Source: Octopus vulgaris
Taxonomy: Eukaryota
NCBI GenBank assembly: GCA_951406725.2
Contig: OX597825.1
Coordinates: 62,124,001-62,188,000, forward strand
Reading direction: 5' to 3'
Length of the DNA stretch: 64,000 nucleotides
Part shown: positions 63,155-64,000 of the stretch, piece after piece
Layout: each line of letters begins with the position of its first letter
How positions within the stretch are numbered: the first letter of the stretch is position 1
Program-made: the position numbers and the translations under genes
Notes under the pieces: model-generated
What the model was told of the DNA's origin: nothing
Databases searched by the model: none
Seen by the model: the letters and a program-made list of their open reading frames with translations, nothing else

Positions 63155-64000
63155 TTGTTTTCTGCATGTGCTATACCCTTATTGCAGCTCCCATTTATTC
63201 CATGTACTTCTCAAGATTTTTATTTATTGTTCCCAGGGCTCTGACAATTATTGGTACTACTACCATCTTTTGCAGTGACCACTACTGCTTAAGCTCCCAA
63301 GCTAACCTGTCATATCTATCAATTTTCTTTCTTCTTTATTGCATACTTTGCTGTCAGCTAGGCATGCTATATCGATGATTCAGAATCTATTGCTTTCTAT
63401 CTCAATTAACACTATGCTTGGTTTCCTATTCTCTCTCTCAAGGTTGCATTGAATCATGAAATCCCATAGGGTCTTTGCATTATCATTTTCAATGATGCCT
63501 TCGGGTTTATGTTCATACCACTTTTTTGCACTGTCAAGTCCATACTTGTTGCAAAATGTCCAATGGACAATCCTTGCTATGTTGTCATGATGTCTCTTGT
63601 ATTCTTTGCTGGTTAGTGGCATACATTGACTGGTAATATGTCATACGGCTTCACCATTTTGTCCACAAATTCTGCACTTATTACTTTCTGATGTTTTGTC
63701 TATTCTTGTATTTGATGTAATTTGTTGTTAATGCTTGCTCTTGGGCAGCACAGATTACAGCCTCCATTTCCGGTTTTAAATCCCTTTTAGTCATCCACAA
63801 CCATATTTTTTCTCTGTCTGTCTTATCTTCAACATCCCTTTGAAATTGTCCATATATTCTTTTCTTTATCCACCCATTTTCAGTTTCATTCATTCTCAAT
63901 TGCTTATACATTGCTTTACCTTTGCAATCCTACATAAGCCTGACCTTCTTACTTCCAATAATAGCAGTTCTGTGGAATTTTTTTACCTACCATACTATGT
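63155..64000 (-). mobile_element. R4/Dong-like non-LTR retrotransposon C-terminus (CCHC knuckle + RLE), decayed; continues beyond the window
   Basis: YGQFQRDV..WLWMTKRDLKPEMEAVICAAQEQALTTNY..CRICGQNGE..HITSQC..YKRHHDNIARIVHW..WYEHKPE..LWDFMIQ..RKPSIVL..IIDIAC..KIDRYDRL..VVVPIIVRALG. Confidence 0.92.

Overview
AT-rich, microsatellite-dense eukaryotic non-coding DNA. The SINE, RTE and MITE repertoire and the (TA)n/(GAT)n load look like an octopus (cephalopod) genome; this is inferred, not verified. I found no convincing host protein-coding exon, and nearly all ORFs in the supplied track are microsatellite or repeat artefacts. The window is a mosaic of decayed transposons: a Helitron PIF1-helicase remnant carrying a nested solo-LTR-like insert and a piggyBac-type MITE, a Gypsy gag-pro-RNaseH-integrase remnant, several RTE LINE pieces, two R4/Dong-like RLE LINE ends, a Penelope-like RT remnant, mariner elements, three TTAA-flanked MITEs, about 40 tRNA-derived SINE copies of at least three modular families, and a 3'-truncated tRNA-Lys(UUU) pseudogene. 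The most notable signal is a set of small non-coding, mostly (TA)n-embedded elements, several of them fold-backs, carrying minimal type-I hammerhead ribozyme (HHR) motifs of the Penelope-associated kind. These include a 281-bp near-perfect palindrome whose HHR core has a compensatory C3G/G8C swap, a tRNA-B-box/(AAT)n/HHR element with an inverted HHR copy, and a two-copy family with an apparent U4C core. All calls were made by eye, so coordinates of decayed elements are approximate.
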